Positions 13,157-27,752 of a stretch of DNA of 64,000 nucleotides are shown here, piece by piece; the first letter of the stretch is position 1, and each line of letters opens with the position of its first letter. Under the pieces are notes generated by a model that worked only from the letters and a program-made list of their open reading frames with translations, ran no database searches and had not been told where the DNA came from. The stretch lies in NCBI GenBank assembly GCA_030704615.1, contig CM060731.1:3038001-3102000 (forward strand), read 5' to 3'. Source of the stretch: Takakia lepidozioides (Eukaryota; Plantae; Bryophyta). Position numbers and translations under genes: made by a program.

Positions 13157-15759
13157 GACCTCACCCCCTTCCTGAGGGGCCAGCTTTGCCCCTGCCCTTG
13201 CCCCTTCCTCCCTCTCTAAGATCGTTAGATCGTTTATTGACCTTAGATCGTTTATTGAAGGTGCCGAAATTCTTCCGAACCACGTCTCCCCCTTCACCTC
13301 TGGCTCTGGAGCCTGCATCAAGTTTGCACCACCTCCGTGATGCTACAGAACAAGATCTGTCACTAGATCCCGCTTGACTACAGGTCTTCCTCGCATACCC
13401 ACGAAGAGATCTCTCTCTCTCTCCCACAAAGGACCTAAACTGGTACGCGCAGTCAGCATCATAACTACGTCACTAATCAACCCACACTAATTAGGATTAG
13501 TGTGAGAATCGACATGATCCTTGAATAATACTTGGACCGTTGCGGTCAACACATGGGTCAATTCATCCTTTGTCGCTACATACGAGTAAAAGAGAGATAG
13601 GTATCAAGTTCGGAATGGTGAGCTCTCCGAGTACGAGATCCCAAGTGCTTGGATGCTTCGACAGAGCGAATGTAATAGCGTCAGTTTCCAGCCTCGCCAA
13701 AAACATTCAGGAGTACAGTCCCTTGGAGAGCAAGAGTGGAATCCAAGAGTAAATTACTTAGTATATCCTTCCTTGTACAATTTCATCGGCCAGTCTTCCC
13801 ATTTGTGTTGGTGTGGATCCTCGCCTGTTGTGGTTTTGGCAGCAGCATGATTTTATTTATGCATGTGATTCTGCCTTCTTTTCTTCCATGAAATCACACT
13901 CTGCTTGTGAGCAAACACTGGTGGTGCTATTGTCTGTTGTAGACAGAGTAGTCTTCAACCAAGGCGCCGCATTCTCGATCCATTTTGGGAAGTTTATGTG
14001 GGTGCTTTGGCCCTCCTTGTTGCATGATCACTTTGGGCTTCCCCTTGTTTTGAAGTCAGATTTGTTTCGTTTTGTTTCTTTCTTCCCAGAGTCCTCAATT
14101 TTTTGCCGTGGTTAACTTGTATTGTTCACACTTCAGGCCCTGGTGCTTTATCAGGCTGTGGAAGCATTGGGGCCTAGGCCCTGAGGGTAGCTCATAGCCA
14201 TTCACACCAGCACCCATAGGAGATGTGAGGAAAGATATGCTGTGGTCGTATCACAGGCTACCAGATTCTGAGAGATTTACACTTCGTGTAAGAGAGACCA
14301 GCTCCCCCTATACACGCAAAGATGCTAGCTCACAGCTAATCACTGCTCCACATGCCAATCGCAGACTGGCACAAACTGCCATATGTATGTAACTTGAAGC
14401 AAGGCCAGAATCCAAACGAAATCTGTTTACATTGCAAAACTCATGGGGGAAGCAGAAGACAGGAAATTCTATGCCATGAGAATGCAACGAGTGGAGGAGA
14501 ATTAAGTCAGATAAGTCTAAAAAAGTTTGCTGCCACCAAACCAAGTGCTCCAATATAGACCAATTCACAGCATGTATGCTAAACACCTTTGTGCAGGACT
14601 AAAGAATTGAGGGATGCAAGGACAAACAGAAAGTAATGAGAGATATAATTCCAGGCGTGAACTAAACAACTTCAGAGTTGTGAGCACCATACCTTACACA
14701 GGAGGCAGGCCTGCTATTTAGGGTTTGAGCTCACAGATCCTCCTTTAAAAGAGGCTTGGTAGTGGAGGTTGAAAGAGCGGGAGTTACAGAGCTTCCTCCT
14801 CTCTGGTGGGAGACCTACTCCCCAAGAGTTCATTCAGCCTCTCTGCTTTCTGCCCCTTGCATTGCCCTGTCAGGAGAGGCCATGCCTCACAGCCAAATAC
14901 ACTGAGTAGAATTCATAAGCCAATAATTAAGGGCGAGCTGCTGCTTTGAATTTGTAGATGGTGGGCCATAAGTCTCCCTACAGTTTCCTTTAAATTGTGA
15001 GAAAGAGAGCATGTATGGACGCTCCTTTTGGTTTTGAATGATGATGCAGGATCCGTCCTCTTCCTCTTGAGGAGAGATGACAGAGGAAGCTGCGATTTCA
15101 AGCTGCGATTTCAACAACAGTAATTCACAAGAAGATCACTACCTTTGAGACTTCCCGAGTCACATGAACTATGATCAACTTAAATAATAGATGATCCACA
15201 TGCATCAGATCCAAAATCAGGAACAAGACCAGGGATATATATGGAGTGGACAAACCTGTACAAGTGATTGAAGAAAAGAGAGAAGGTGGTTAGCGAAGCA
15301 GACCAACTTCCAAGTCATTAAGTTTAAATACATTGCTTTAGACCCCTCAGCCAACGTGGTCCCCAAGGATTCGAATACTTCTTAGCACTTCAAAATTTGG
15401 TCTCATCTCGAATTCAATATAATTCCCACAGATTGACCGGCATTGAAGATTAGATCCGGAGAATTGAAGTTGTACACCTGGCTAGTCCATGTTCAACTTA
15501 AAACTGAAGCCTTCTCCGTCACCTCCATCTGCAGAGGCGTAACTTCCTTCCAAGTAAAGGTCTGCCGTGCTTGTGGTCTTTTCTTTGTGTGTTCAGTCTG
15601 CTGTGATTGACCTCTACCTCCAGACCTAGATCATAATTGGTCCGGTTCCCGGACGCTTGCAGTCTCTATCCAGATGTTCCCGATGAATCACGGCCGCTGG
15701 TACTTCGAAGGAAGCTGCCTTTGTCTACCTATTACCTCCCTCTCTCTGTCTTCTCAAGC

Positions 15760-16152
15760 TCAAGAAGTGCGAACTTTCATCTGCCCTTGCGAGGAAACAT
15801 TAGGCGGCTTCATGCCCCCGCTAAGACCACCACTAGTGCTGCTTTCCACAGGCTTCGATGTTGCTTGCGCCGCGGAATCACCCTCAGTATGATTCTCAAA
15901 CGCTTTCACAAAGTTGGAAGACAGATTCGCATAGAGGTCCACCACTTTGTTGATGTTGCCGTTAAGTTCCCGGATCAGCATCACATTGCGGGTAAGGCTC
16001 TCGGGAATCTTCGACTCGTGGTTCTGGTTGATTTCTTTGATCAGCAGCCGATTGTGATCAAGCAGAAACTGCACTTGGGAGAAGCTGTGGTGAAATGATG
16101 CCCAAACCTTACTGTCCATTGTAGGTTTACTCACTGGTTTGTCGGCCGCCAT
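15760..16152 (-). CDS. ELF4-like protein (DUF1313), single coding exon, 130 aa from ATG 16152
   Basis: Contains FSQVQFLLDHNRLLIKEINQNHESKIPESLTRNVMLIRELNGNINKVVDLYANLS, the ELF4/EFL family signature. Confidence 0.93.
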   Translation of the reverse strand: MAADKPVSKPTMDSKVWASFHHSFSQVQFLLDHNRLLIKEINQNHESKIPESLTRNVMLIRELNGNINKVVDLYANLSSNFVKAFENHTEGDSAAQATSKPVESSTSGGLSGGMKPPNVSSQGQMKVRTS

Positions 16153-17009
16153 ATCGCCTCTCCTCGACCCCACCTACCCGGACACTCACCTCTTACCAAC
16201 TCTCCAGTTGAGAAATCTCTGCTATCCAGTCCTCAAGCTCTACCTAAGCAATGACCACAGGGCCTAAGAGACTCCGCAAGCCAGAAACTAAGAGTTCGAA
16301 CGAAATGGAAACTCCCTTCATGCATACGCACTCCCGTCTCTCTCTCTCTCTCTTTCTCTATCTCTACCTCAGTAGGCTCTGTAAATTCACTGGACGTTAA
16401 AGAAACTTTATCTTATCTATCTCTACCTCACACACGAGAGTTCACGGAGACTGCCAGGCTGCCTCATGCCCCATGGAAGCAACACCACCTCCATGCGGCT
16501 AAAACACACCTCCCCCAAAACATAACCTACCGACAACAGAAACAACAGAGCAGATCAGGATCAAAGCACAGGAATCAATCGTAATGCAACGCTGCATCGC
16601 CTGTTTCCACGAGGAAGAAGAAGAAGAAGAGCAAGCAAGTAGGTGAGTAGAGCAAATCTTGTCCGCGAGGAGCGCAGTGTACCAGCGCAGGCCTCCACTC
16701 CAGGCCCGCGCAAAGATTTGTGCTCTATTGTCGTTGTTTCATTGGCCCACAGCTCGGCTCTCTTGGTTTGTCCGTTTGTGTGTGATCCCTTGATTGGCCG
16801 TCTACTATCTCTCTCGCGCATTCCGTGATTGGTCACAACTCGGTTAGTGCCACCCAACCCGCGATAGCCACGCTTCCTTCTCCATGGGATGCATGTGGCA
16901 TCGCTTCATTGCTCACAGGAGCCTCTCTGTCTCATGGGGTCGTACGCAGTGCCAAACAAGTTGCCGACTTCCAGGTTGGAAGTTGCAATAGCCATTGGAA
17001 TTTGGATAA

Positions 17010-17625
17010 GTTCCAACCAGTGTTGGACTGGTATCGTATTTTGAACATCTCCAGGCTGGTACTGGTATATAGGCCTCCGGCCAATTGTGATACCAGGGAG
17101 GTACTGGTATTGGCAAAAATCTGAGATTTGGGTACCATGGTGGTATCAATAATACCTGATAGGTGTGATGTTTTACGGGTATCAATAGCAAGAGTTTTTT
17201 GAAATTGATACCATGGTATTATCAATACTGGTCTGGTATCAAAAAGACTCATGATATGTTAAATTTTGAAGGCCAACTTCGCATATAAATGTGTACAAGC
17301 ATGCTTCTCATTGATTGTATTCCTCAAGGTATTCCTCAAGTTCCTCAAAGTATTGATACCAGGTTTACCTCACCAAAATGGATCTGGTATTGGTATCAGG
17401 TACCCAATACCCAATTTTCAACCACCTACCAGACTGGTAGGGTATCGTCCATAATATTATGAAGCAGATACATACGGGTATATGCTAGGTAGTGGCCTGA
17501 GGTGATACCAGACTGGTCTAGTACTTCATACCAGTATACATTCCAGTATTGATACCAGTTTCTTATCAGTATACCAGTCCAACACCGGTTCCAAAGGCTA
17601 TTGCATATTAACAAATTCCAGTATC
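17010..17625. repeat. ATACCA/TGGTAT-rich repeat, probable non-autonomous DNA transposon with subterminal motifs
   Basis: Dense ATACCAG/CTGGTAT motifs in both orientations. A related fragment lies at ~19046-19093 (TGATACCAGTCCAACAC). Confidence 0.55.
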
Positions 17626-18146
17626 ACTCCGAGCGTCCTGCATGCAGCCCAATCGTGTACTCAGAGCAAAACCTATGGGTACTGCAGTCTGGTGTACTAA
17701 AAGTCCCTGATCTGCCCCCTCGTTGAAGCTCATCGTGGAGCGTGCTGAGTTTGTGCTGAGCTTAGGAGTCAAGGACCAACGTTGCTAGAGCTCACAGGAA
17801 CATATAGACACCGTGGACAGAAAAGGCCCTCCAGCGCAAAGGCAAACGAAAAACTAGGTGAACCCACTGTGGCAATTTTATATACAAAAAATTAGGGTTG
17901 GTTGAAGTTGATACAATTCTGCTACAGATGTCTCAATCTCACTCAATCTCACCGTTGGGCCACATCGTCACGTCAAACAAATGAGGCTGGATATTTTGTT
18001 TTCAGGGTCTGCGTCTTCAAGTGGTGGTCCCATGGAAGATTTTCAAGGGATCCATAAGAATACAACGAATTTGAGACCCTCTACTCCTAGGGAAGAGGAC
18101 TCTGGCTCTAGTACTCAAGGAGAAAAGGAAGAGGTTGAAATTGATG

Positions 18147-18388
18147 TTGCACAAGAGGGTAGGCCGTTGTCAAAAGAAAATTCAGGAGGGCATGGAAGAT
18201 AGGACGTCCTTGCTTGTATTACATGTGTCCACGAGATGGTCCTGAATTTGGTATCATGAAATGTCGGGCATGCGAGGAGGCTAGCATAGGTGGGGGGAAG
18301 GGGCATAAGTTGCTCCACGATAGAAAGATAGGTTATTGTTACTCATGAAAAGAGTGGAGATCATAAAACAGCCCATTTACGTTGGCAA
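18147..18388 (+). mobile_element. hAT (ZNF862-like) transposase N-terminal zinc-finger fragment, copy 1
   Basis: Frameshifted MKCRAC...HEKSGDHKTAHLRWQ, a TTF-type C2H2 pattern. Near-identical copy at 34172-34386. Confidence 0.5.
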
Positions 18389-19917
18389 TAAAAATAAATA
18401 AAATAAAGTTCCTTTAAGGTTCCTTTAAGGAGCCTCCCATCAAGAACCAAACCCGGAACTTTGCCACCTGCAATGCTATCACCTTACCATCACGCTCCCC
18501 ACCACTACTTGAAACCCACTTGGATTCTTTAGTGTTTAATAGTTTAACCTAGGTAAGAGGGGGTGGGAGGATTCGCCAGGCCCCGCGGGAGGAGCCCAGG
18601 CCGCTGGAATCCGGTGAATGTACCGTCAGATCGCACGCGTCCATTAAGTTCTTACAGTATTTCATAAAGTATAAAAATAAAAATAAAAATAAAAAACTGA
18701 GCCCTAGCGAACTGCCCTGCCTAGCGTCAACACCAGCCCCTGTTGGCAAATGGGAATTCCCCAAAAATAAAAATAAATAAAAAACTGAGCCCAAGCGAAC
18801 TGTCATGTTCGTGGAGGGTAACAGGCAAGGAATTAAGTTTGCGTTGGGTGCGTTAACGCACTTATAACCAAAACCTATATATATATAGGTATATGGGTAT
18901 ATATAGGTTTTATATATATATTTGTGCCCTGAGTGCATCCACGCACCCAATTTTTGGGTTGACGATGATGAACAATAGTGTCATATTTCCCTTCATACAA
19001 GGAGATGTAGTCTGTTATCTCATTGCTGAAGAGGCATATATATCAGGACTAGACTGGTATGTAATATATTTGATACCAGTCCAACACTGGTGGTGGTTGG
19101 TATGTGCCCATTACCGCCTTATGGAAGGTTCCATCACCGCTGGACGGTATGGGGCCGCCGCCTCTGTGAGGGTATGTATATATATGTGCTCCTGATTACT
19201 TCTTATAAACGTCACTAACTAGTAGTTAATGGGCTTTGTCCAAGGCCCCCAAAACATAGCTATACTACTTAATAGAGTAAATAGAAATGAGCCAGTACAC
19301 AGTAACAGATTATGATTAGAATTGGAGAATAAGCACCTACATGTTTATATATATCAAATACGCAATCACTTTCAAAACTAATCCTCAGGGCGGTGTCCCC
19401 TTTCTCATTGGAGGTTATTTTTTCCTCATACTAATCTATTGGGGCCTCTCTCGGTTAACCAAAAAAAGAAAAAAGAAAAAAGAAAAAATCTAATCCTCAT
19501 ATCCGCAAAGGAAGAAGAGCTGACCCTCTCTGCATTTAGGCTGGCTTGGTCTAAATGAAAGTCTTTGCAAACACAATAATCTACACATCCTAGTGGGGTT
19601 TTTCTTTCATATAAAAACAATGTGGGTTGAAGGAATACTACCTGGAAGCAGGGTTTCATCAAGACACTGGAGATCAGAGGTCAGTGACCTCTGGTCAGGA
19701 CTGGGAACAGAAAGGGGATGAACCAATTTTTCTGGGGCAGGAGAAAGACACTGAAAATTGAGTATTTGAGGGCTGTTAGGGAAAAACAAAGGGGGTGGAT
19801 AGTCTGCTTTCGTCTGCAATTGTTCATCCTGGAGCCCTGGTGCATCTGTGTGGAGGAGCGGATTTGAAGGTGACGACAAGTTTAGGTCAAATCTGAGGCA
19901 GATCTGCAATTATAGGG

Positions 19918-22900
19918 ATGCCACGTTGCGAGCTTCAGAGCCATAGCTTGGGCTATATGCTCGATGAAGTAGCAAACGAAACTCAGACGAAGAATTTGGA
20001 CATTCCTCTGGTTCCTGTCGCAATGGCTCGAACTCAGGAGTTTGTTGGAGAATCGCGTACCATGGAGGACGAAGACGACGATGTGGATGATGTGCTGCCT
20101 GTAAGTAGATCCCTGCGGTCTACCTTGATGCCAACTTCTCAGAACTTTGAATGTCATGTTTTGATCAAGAGGGGTAGGAAGTTGGGTTTGGGAGTGTTGC
20201 CGAAGGCAGAGTGAATGAATTGTCTTTGTTCGGTCAGACTTGCAGTGCGGCCACGGGAGATGATGCGCTTAAGGTGGAGCAGGCAGCTGCCTTGCTGAAA
20301 CAAGGCAATCAGGCATTTCGCAAAGCCAAATTTGAAGAGGTTTGTCCCCATTTCAGCGTCCCGTAGAGAAGGGGAGGGGTATGTGTTTCACAATTCACAT
20401 AATTAGCAAATGAGAAGGTGGAGGGAGCGGGAAAGGCCGAAAGATGGGAAGATGGCATTGTAATAAGATAATTCTGTAGCACCATTGCAGCAATTGAGAG
20501 TTGCGACTTGTGATTATCACGCCTTCTCTCCCCTGACAAGTCAAGCTCTGTGGTAGCTCATCTGAGCTGGAATTGGAGGTGTGGCGTTGAGGCAATTGTC
20601 CAGTATGAAGGCTTTGATGAGGTCTTAATATAGCTTCAAAGGAAACCAGTGCTTCAAGCAGCAAAGTTGTCATATTGCATAAGTGGTTGCATTCACTCCT
20701 TGAAACGAAAAAAGTGCCCTTGTTCCTCATCCTGCAGCAATTATTCGCTGAGAGAGAGAGAGAGGGAGTTGGGGAGGGTGGGAGGGGCAGTGTTGATTTG
20801 AGTGTCCTTGCTAAACACTTGTGTTATGATACAAATGGTTATGCTAAATGCTAAACATATATCTTATGACACATGGAGGCAGTTGTGGACTTCCAATCCA
20901 CTTGGTTGCAGCATCACCACTGTGGTATTCCGCCACATGCTGGGCCAGAGGTATCATTCAGCCCTCATAGGGATATCAATGAACCAAGGATCACTGCATC
21001 CAGCTTTGACTGAATGCAGTTGTCATACCCATGGCAGTAGCTGCCCATGTGTAACCCAGCTGCCAGACATGCTAAGAGATGGAGAGAGGGAGAGGTATTG
21101 AAAGGACAAGATAAGTCTGTGCAGGCAATAATAGCTTATTCCAAGGTCCTGCAAGGGCACGTGGTGGATGCAGCTGTGTTGCTCAGCAATCGATGTGCAG
21201 CCTTTTGCAGGTACCGTTTTTTTGGGGAGCAAACCTGATTACTTGTGTCCATGTTTGTGGTGGTTAACTGTGTATCGTTGATGATGCGCTGCATTGGAGT
21301 TCTGATCTGCATGAAGACTCAGTGCGCATTGTACAAAAGGCACCGTTAATTTCCCAAGTCTTCCTTGTAACATGCAACTGGAATCAATTATCCACATAGA
21401 ACCTGGTCAAAGGCTGCCATTGCACTTTGCAATGCAACCGAGTACCTAAAGTCAAGGAGAGAGGAATGGAAGGCTAAATCACATGCCTATCCTCACATAT
21501 AGGTATAAATAAGTGCCTCTGTAGATTTTCCTCCTGTCTAGGGTTTGTTCTGCATACAATTGGGCACACAAACTGGAAGGCAGGAGCCCTTCGGGGTCGC
21601 CCTAAGTTATGCTTGCTTTGGCATTGTGTTCACATTCATTCTTGGGCACACAAAATATCTATACGATTTTTAATGGTCAGTGAGGTTGGTTTGAGGGACT
21701 CTAAAACCTTTGGTGGTTCTAAGCTGAGAGGTGTAAGATGGTCAAATTTGTTGGAGGCATTCCCTGGCAGTATGATAGCAATACCATGCTTCACGTGGCT
21801 TTGGCAGGTTAAGTCAGCGGCTGCGGAAGATTCCAGCAGCAACGTCAGAGGCACCAGGTTCGGCCCTCTATGGTCTGGACCCCATGTCACTGGTGCAGGT
21901 AACACACCATTTCTTCACATCGCTCTCACCTTCATGCCTCATGTGCCGGTGGAGATCACAGATATGCTGGGGTTGGGGATGGGGGTGCTAGCTTGCTTTG
22001 AGGGACGCTGAGAAGGTGGTAAAGCTGCGGAGTGCTTGGCCAAGAGCGTATCTGCGTAAAGCTACTGCCCTGGCTCTGGTATGGATGTGCCTAGCTCTGT
22101 ACTTGTGACTGTCAATGTTGCTGGCAACATGTCAGTGTTGAGAAAGAGTTCTAGGTCAAGTTGGATTGGAAGAAAGGTGCATGGAACAAGATGCAGGTTG
22201 TGATTTGTGTTCAGGTCTGATTGCAGTCAGAACAATATGAGGAGGCACGAGAGACTTTCCTTGCGGGACTCGGGGTGGACCCTACCAAGTAAACTTCTCC
22301 TGCTTTGCTTCAGCTGGCTCTGTGTTGTGTTTTTCATGGCGTAGTTGACATGTCAAAGAGTACAAGCCTATGGCTAGAAAGGAGAGAGGCAGGCAGCTGA
22401 CCAGGACAATGGGTGATGCATTTTAATGCAGCCCACGCCTGCAGGCGGGATTGCAAGAGGTTGCATTACACATACAGGGGGGAGAACCAAATGGCAGGGA
22501 GAGGCGCAAGCTGGAGCGGTCTGATGATCTGGACTGCACGCTTTGTTTGAAGCTTTTGTATCATCCAATCACTACCCCATGTGGCCACTCCTTCTGCCGC
22601 TGTTGCCTGCTCCAGGCCCTTGACCATGGTGTGTGTGCATGTGTGTGTCTCTGAAAGCTGATTTGAGTCCTAATTGTTGACAGCTAAGATTTGGGCCTGG
22701 ATTTGGCCTAAAGGGTTCTGTGGCAGCTTGTGGCAGCGAGTCGTCACTTGGTCTTCTTTTTGCTGAAGGGAAAGTGAGGATGCCCAGATGGTACTTCGTA
22801 ATTTACATTCACAGTCGCAAATACCTCCATCCAAAGTGGGACCAAACTGGGCTACAACCAGAGAAAGTATCCTTGAAGTATCGAGATATCTCCATACTTC

Positions 22901-25900
22901 ACACCCTTTTCCTTGCATTCTGGAAGTGAGAAAACTTTACTCTTCAAACAGCTTAGTCTAGCGCCTGCTATTTCGTAATCTGTCTGCAGGGGAAATAAGT
23001 AAACTTATATTGGGGACGGTGCTGCAGGCAATAGATGTCCGATGTGCAGGACAGTGCTGTTTGTAAGCCCCAAGACATACCCTGTAAGGTATTCCCAGTA
23101 TTCTTGTCTACTCAGCAAATCCTTTCTTGTCTCTCCAGTAGTATGAGGATAATAATTGGATGGACATAAGGATTACTGTATCCGGATACCTTAATGATTG
23201 TACCCACATTCACTCGCATGGCTTTGAGGCCGTCCTGTGTTAGCTGAAATAATCTCCACATCAACATAGGCAAATGGCCTGACATAACCGTGGTGATAGG
23301 ATTTTCCCTTCTGGCACCATGCAAGCATTGAAGACTGAATGTCATTTATCCTCAGACACCTAGTTTCCTATATTGAATTGTAATTAACTGTGAATGAGTG
23401 CCACATCTATTTTGGGTTATCTCATCCCTTTCTTTCACCTTCCCTCTCCCGCCCCTTCTATTCACACGTGTGGGTGTGTCCAGAAGGCTCAAGCCAAGTT
23501 CAATGATACAAAAGTGAAAAGAAAAGATAAAGAAAAAGTGTGGACTCCTGCCAAAGCAAAGCACTAATTATGGTGCGGAGGTTCTTCCATTTGGAAGGTT
23601 GACACTTTATAGTACGTATTCATTATGGAGAGTGGAATGAAATCTTTTTGCTATATGCTTGTAAGTAATCAACAAAGCCAAGACCAGTCAGCAAATCAAC
23701 TAGCGCGAATGGGTAAATGCCAGAAGTCATCAATAGGTAAGGAGCTGTCTTGGGGCATCTCAACTCAGCAACATGTGCACATAGGCCAGGTGTGACACAT
23801 GGCTTGAGAAGCCCATGCAAGGAGTTCTGGAGATTTCTGCTGAGGTTATAGGTATGGAGATGGATTTTACAGGTTGCGGAATAGAGTAATTTGGACTCGA
23901 ATTTCAAAATGAAAGATGCATGGGTAACCTTCTTTTCCTTGTGAGGTAGCAGAGAGGGACGTTGTGACCTATATCCAAGTTTCAGAGAAGGAAATGAGGG
24001 TACAGTTTAGAACTTGTCCACCTGTCAGCAATCACAGGATGGATTGACTTGTGGTTCTGCTATGGTCTGTCAGTGTGACACTCAACAATTTGATACAGCG
24101 CAACTTTCCAGAGGAGTATGAAGAAAGGAAAGCCGAGATGGACGCGATCACCCTTGCTGGTGAAGAGGTGTTGCCACTATTTGTCATGGATGTGGTTCTT
24201 CCTCTGCAGCATATGACATTGAACATATTTGAACCACGCTACAGGCTAATGGTATGCCTTTTGTACTTTCTCTTGAGGTTCAATCGTCAAGGGGCACAGC
24301 TACTGCTTGAAGCTACCCGTACACTTAGTCTGATGCGGCTTGGAACAGGTTGTTCTGTATGGATAGATTTAATTATGATATAAAGTTCTTGTTTTGGTTG
24401 ACATAGAGGGTTTGTGGATCGGCTAAGGGGTCTTATTGGATTTACAGGTGCGACGTCTAATGGAAGGAAACCACCGCATGGGCATGGTAGCTGACATCCC
24501 ACTCGCTTGTAATGTATGGCATTGGTGTAGTCTCATTTTCATCTACAAGTGAATTGTGAGCTGAGCTTGAAAAGCAGGAGGGTTGGTGGGCAGGTGGGCA
24601 CAGATGGGGAAACTGGCGCACTGGCTGACGTGGCATGTGAAGTGGAGATATTTGAGTAAGTGCTACAGCATCGTAGGATCATTTCCTCAGGACAGCAAGC
24701 ATGATCATGCCACATGGACAGTCAAAATGGGGTTTAATATCTACCACCTTACTATGGAAGGAAGCTTAATGAATATGGTTTATGCAGGTGTGAACCTTTA
24801 CCAGATGGACGCTTCTATTTGGAGGTCAGTTCCTCTGACCTAGGTTTATCTCCACTGAGTTTTTCCAGCTGTTGTGCCGAGGATTACCTGTGTGCTGGCT
24901 GAAAGTGACCAGGGCTTGCAGTAACAATGCATGATGAGGGAAGAAGTCATGGGCACTGAATGGGAGTGCAAAGTTGGACTATGCTTAGATCACATGGGTT
25001 CCCATAAATGAATCTTTGGGCACGATGAGTCTGTTCAGATTCAAAGTCACAAGCACTTGGTGAATGAATTGTCCTTGTCTGTTGGATATTTCTGGTGGGC
25101 TAGCTGTATATATTGAATAGATGGAGTGTTTGATGAAATCAGGTTGTCGGGAAACGAAGATGCCGGATCACCAGGACTTGGGAACAAGATGGGTGAGGTT
25201 CACAACTTTTCCCTAGTTGAAGTCATTGTATCAGTCTTTGATGGAGATTTGCCCAAGGAGATAGATCCCCTTGAGAGAAACAACTATTCTCTGGTACACA
25301 GTAGGAAGGATACTCTCAATCTCAAGAATAATTAGAAGTGCTCCAGCTCGAAAAGTGTGTCAATGGGTCCTCAATTACAGTTTTGCACAATTTTCTGTAG
25401 TTGGGAATCAGGATGTCAACAGTTCACACGGTTTACTGTGATTTTTGAGGATTGTGCATGTGTGGAAGTAAGTTGCAGTGTTGGTTGGCAGGTATCGTGT
25501 AGCAGAAGTACAGTGGCTGCATGATGTTGTCCCTCCTGCTGGCTCTACGGAACTAGGGCAGGTTTGTGGCTTGCAGCTCCTCCACCACTTTCAACCGTGC
25601 TCCATTTAACCATGTAATCATCAAAGAAAGGCTACAGGTTTTGTTGTGTACACAACTTGGTACTTTGGTCCGATAGCTCTTTAGATAACTAAGCTTGGTA
25701 TTAACTTGGTACTTTGGTCCGATAGCTCTTTAGATAACTAAGCTTGGTATTAACTAGTCTAGCAGCAGACATTTGTCCACTGCAGTGACGAAATAGGCAG
25801 TGAGATGGATAGTATGGTCTGGACAGATGCAAACAGTGGCGAGAACATTGGGAGAAATGGTCAACTCGTTCATCAGTCGTGCTCATGATGCTGCCCGCAC

Positions 25901-26693
25901 AGGTCCTCCTCCTCACATCCTGGGACTGAAGTTGAGTGCTAGCAACTGGCCATGATTCTTAACTGCCTTATTTGGGGTTGACTGGAAGGATGATGACTTG
26001 GGCACCTGCAGATCATCGCACAAGGTTTGTAGAACTTCTTAGTGGTGCAGAAGGCATGCCCAATATCTCCGATGCTGAGCGCTTCAGCTTCTGGGTATGG
26101 CCTCACTTCTCCTTTCATATGTCCTGGGATGCCAAAATATATGTTCAGTTTCCCAGCATTCAAAGTTCTTGCTTAAGAGTCGATCCAGTAATTAGATCAC
26201 TAGTTTGTAAAAAACATGTCTGGTTTGGCTACTTTGTATCAAGAAGACAACCAGTTCTTCACCATTAAGTCATCCTTCCATATGAATTCAAAAACTCTTT
26301 AAACAGTGCCAAGATTTGACAGTTATTGATGGATCAATTTGTGGGGTGCAGGTTGCAAATCTTCTACCCATCAGATCAGCAGAAAAACTGCAATATTTGC
26401 GGCTCACGGATACTCATGAGGTTTGAATCTGGTCTCATAAGGACTGTAATCTTTTATCTAGCTATGCTGTTGCATCACATCTCTGGTATTTACAATGGAG
26501 TTTGGAGAAGTGCAGGATTGTCTCTGTTTATCGGTACTTGTCGTTTGAAGCTTGTCTTTCAAGAGTGAGACTGGTAACTAAAGACTTATGTCTGGGTTGT
26601 ATTCTTTGTTTGCGGTGCTGAGAACAGCGCTTGAGCCAGGAGTTGCTTCGACTGCGTGCTGCGTCTGCTGACCAAGGCTGCCGTGTGCAATAA
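19918..26693 (+). CDS. TPR + C3HC4 RING + LON substrate-binding domain protein (LONRF-like), multi-exon; start codon uncertain (19918, 20023 or 20062)
   Basis: TPR exons LLKQGNQAFRKAKFEE and AIIAYSK...LLSNRCAAF; RING CTLCLKLLYHPITTPCGHSFCRCCL|NRCPMCR; LON domain VLPLFVMDVVLPLQHMTLNIFEPRYRLM; AERFSFW; terminal exon RLSQELLRLRAASADQGCRVQ-stop (TAA 26691-26693). Confidence 0.9.
25654..25754. repeat. Perfect ~49-bp tandem duplication in an intron
   Basis: AACTTGGTACTTTGGTCCGATAGCTCTTTAGATAACTAAGCTTGGTATT occurs twice in tandem. Confidence 0.9.
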
Positions 26694-27752
26694 TCGCCTG
26701 CAATAATCCAGTGTACATATTATTGCTTCAGCCACTCTGGTTTTGTTGTTGGTCCTGATTGTATATGCTGCAGATCAGGGTGGCAGTAGTTGGTGAAATT
26801 GGGCATCAGGAGTTCCCTATAGGTTTCTAAATGTTTTGGGCAAGTAGTTCTTTCCACTACATGAGTTTCTGCCCTGCCCTTAGTTATCTAACTGATAATT
26901 GCTCGTTGATACTACATCTTGCTTGAAAAAAGATGGTTTGACCTATCTAGTGCTGGATATACATTCTCAACACATTTTAAACTCATTGTTCTGACTGTAT
27001 ATATGATTTTGAAGAGTACATAACATTTAATGATTGTCCCAATTTGCTACATGTCACTATCTGTTGCCACACAAACTCTACAAAAATTAATGCATCTGGA
27101 TATGTAAAACATCTGTCATCATCTCCACTCAAGTGAAACATATCTCATAAGCCAAAAACCTCTAACATTTCAAACCAATGTAAGCTTCGTTTCACACGAA
27201 TCGTGCACAATAACCCAAAAGAAGGTAGCTTCAAACCTTTCTCATTCCAATTTCCCACTTTGTAATCTGAAGTTAACTGTCCTGCATGCTAAATAGCTGC
27301 CAACCATTTGCACTCCCAGGAGAGAACTATGTTAAATTCGTTCAGATACTTTTTGAATTACAACCTCAGCCTCATTTTCCCTAAAACTTTCTATGGCATT
27401 CTAACCATACTCACTACTTTCACTTTTCATAAATCAATCACCAATGACACCAGATCAGAACCTTCCAGCTCAGGTCAAACACAGAAAGAGCTGCGCATGA
27501 TTTATGTACGCTGTACTCCATAGGCAGAACCAACAGGACCTTAAGAAGGCAGGCCATGGTTTGTTCGTCAATATCAGTTGATGACCGGATTCAAAAATCC
27601 AACCTGCAAAATGCAGTTTTGTCTTGTACTAGACTCTCCAGTGAAACGCATGCTTTGGAGAGTCACACACCCTTTACACACTTCAAAGCTGTTTCCTACC
27701 TTAACAACTTCAAAGAGGTACCTCCAACTGCCACCACAGTCCCTACCGACAT

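Noticed and set aside
15637-16098. 153-aa plus-strand ORF
   Set aside because: Antisense shadow of the ELF4-like CDS.
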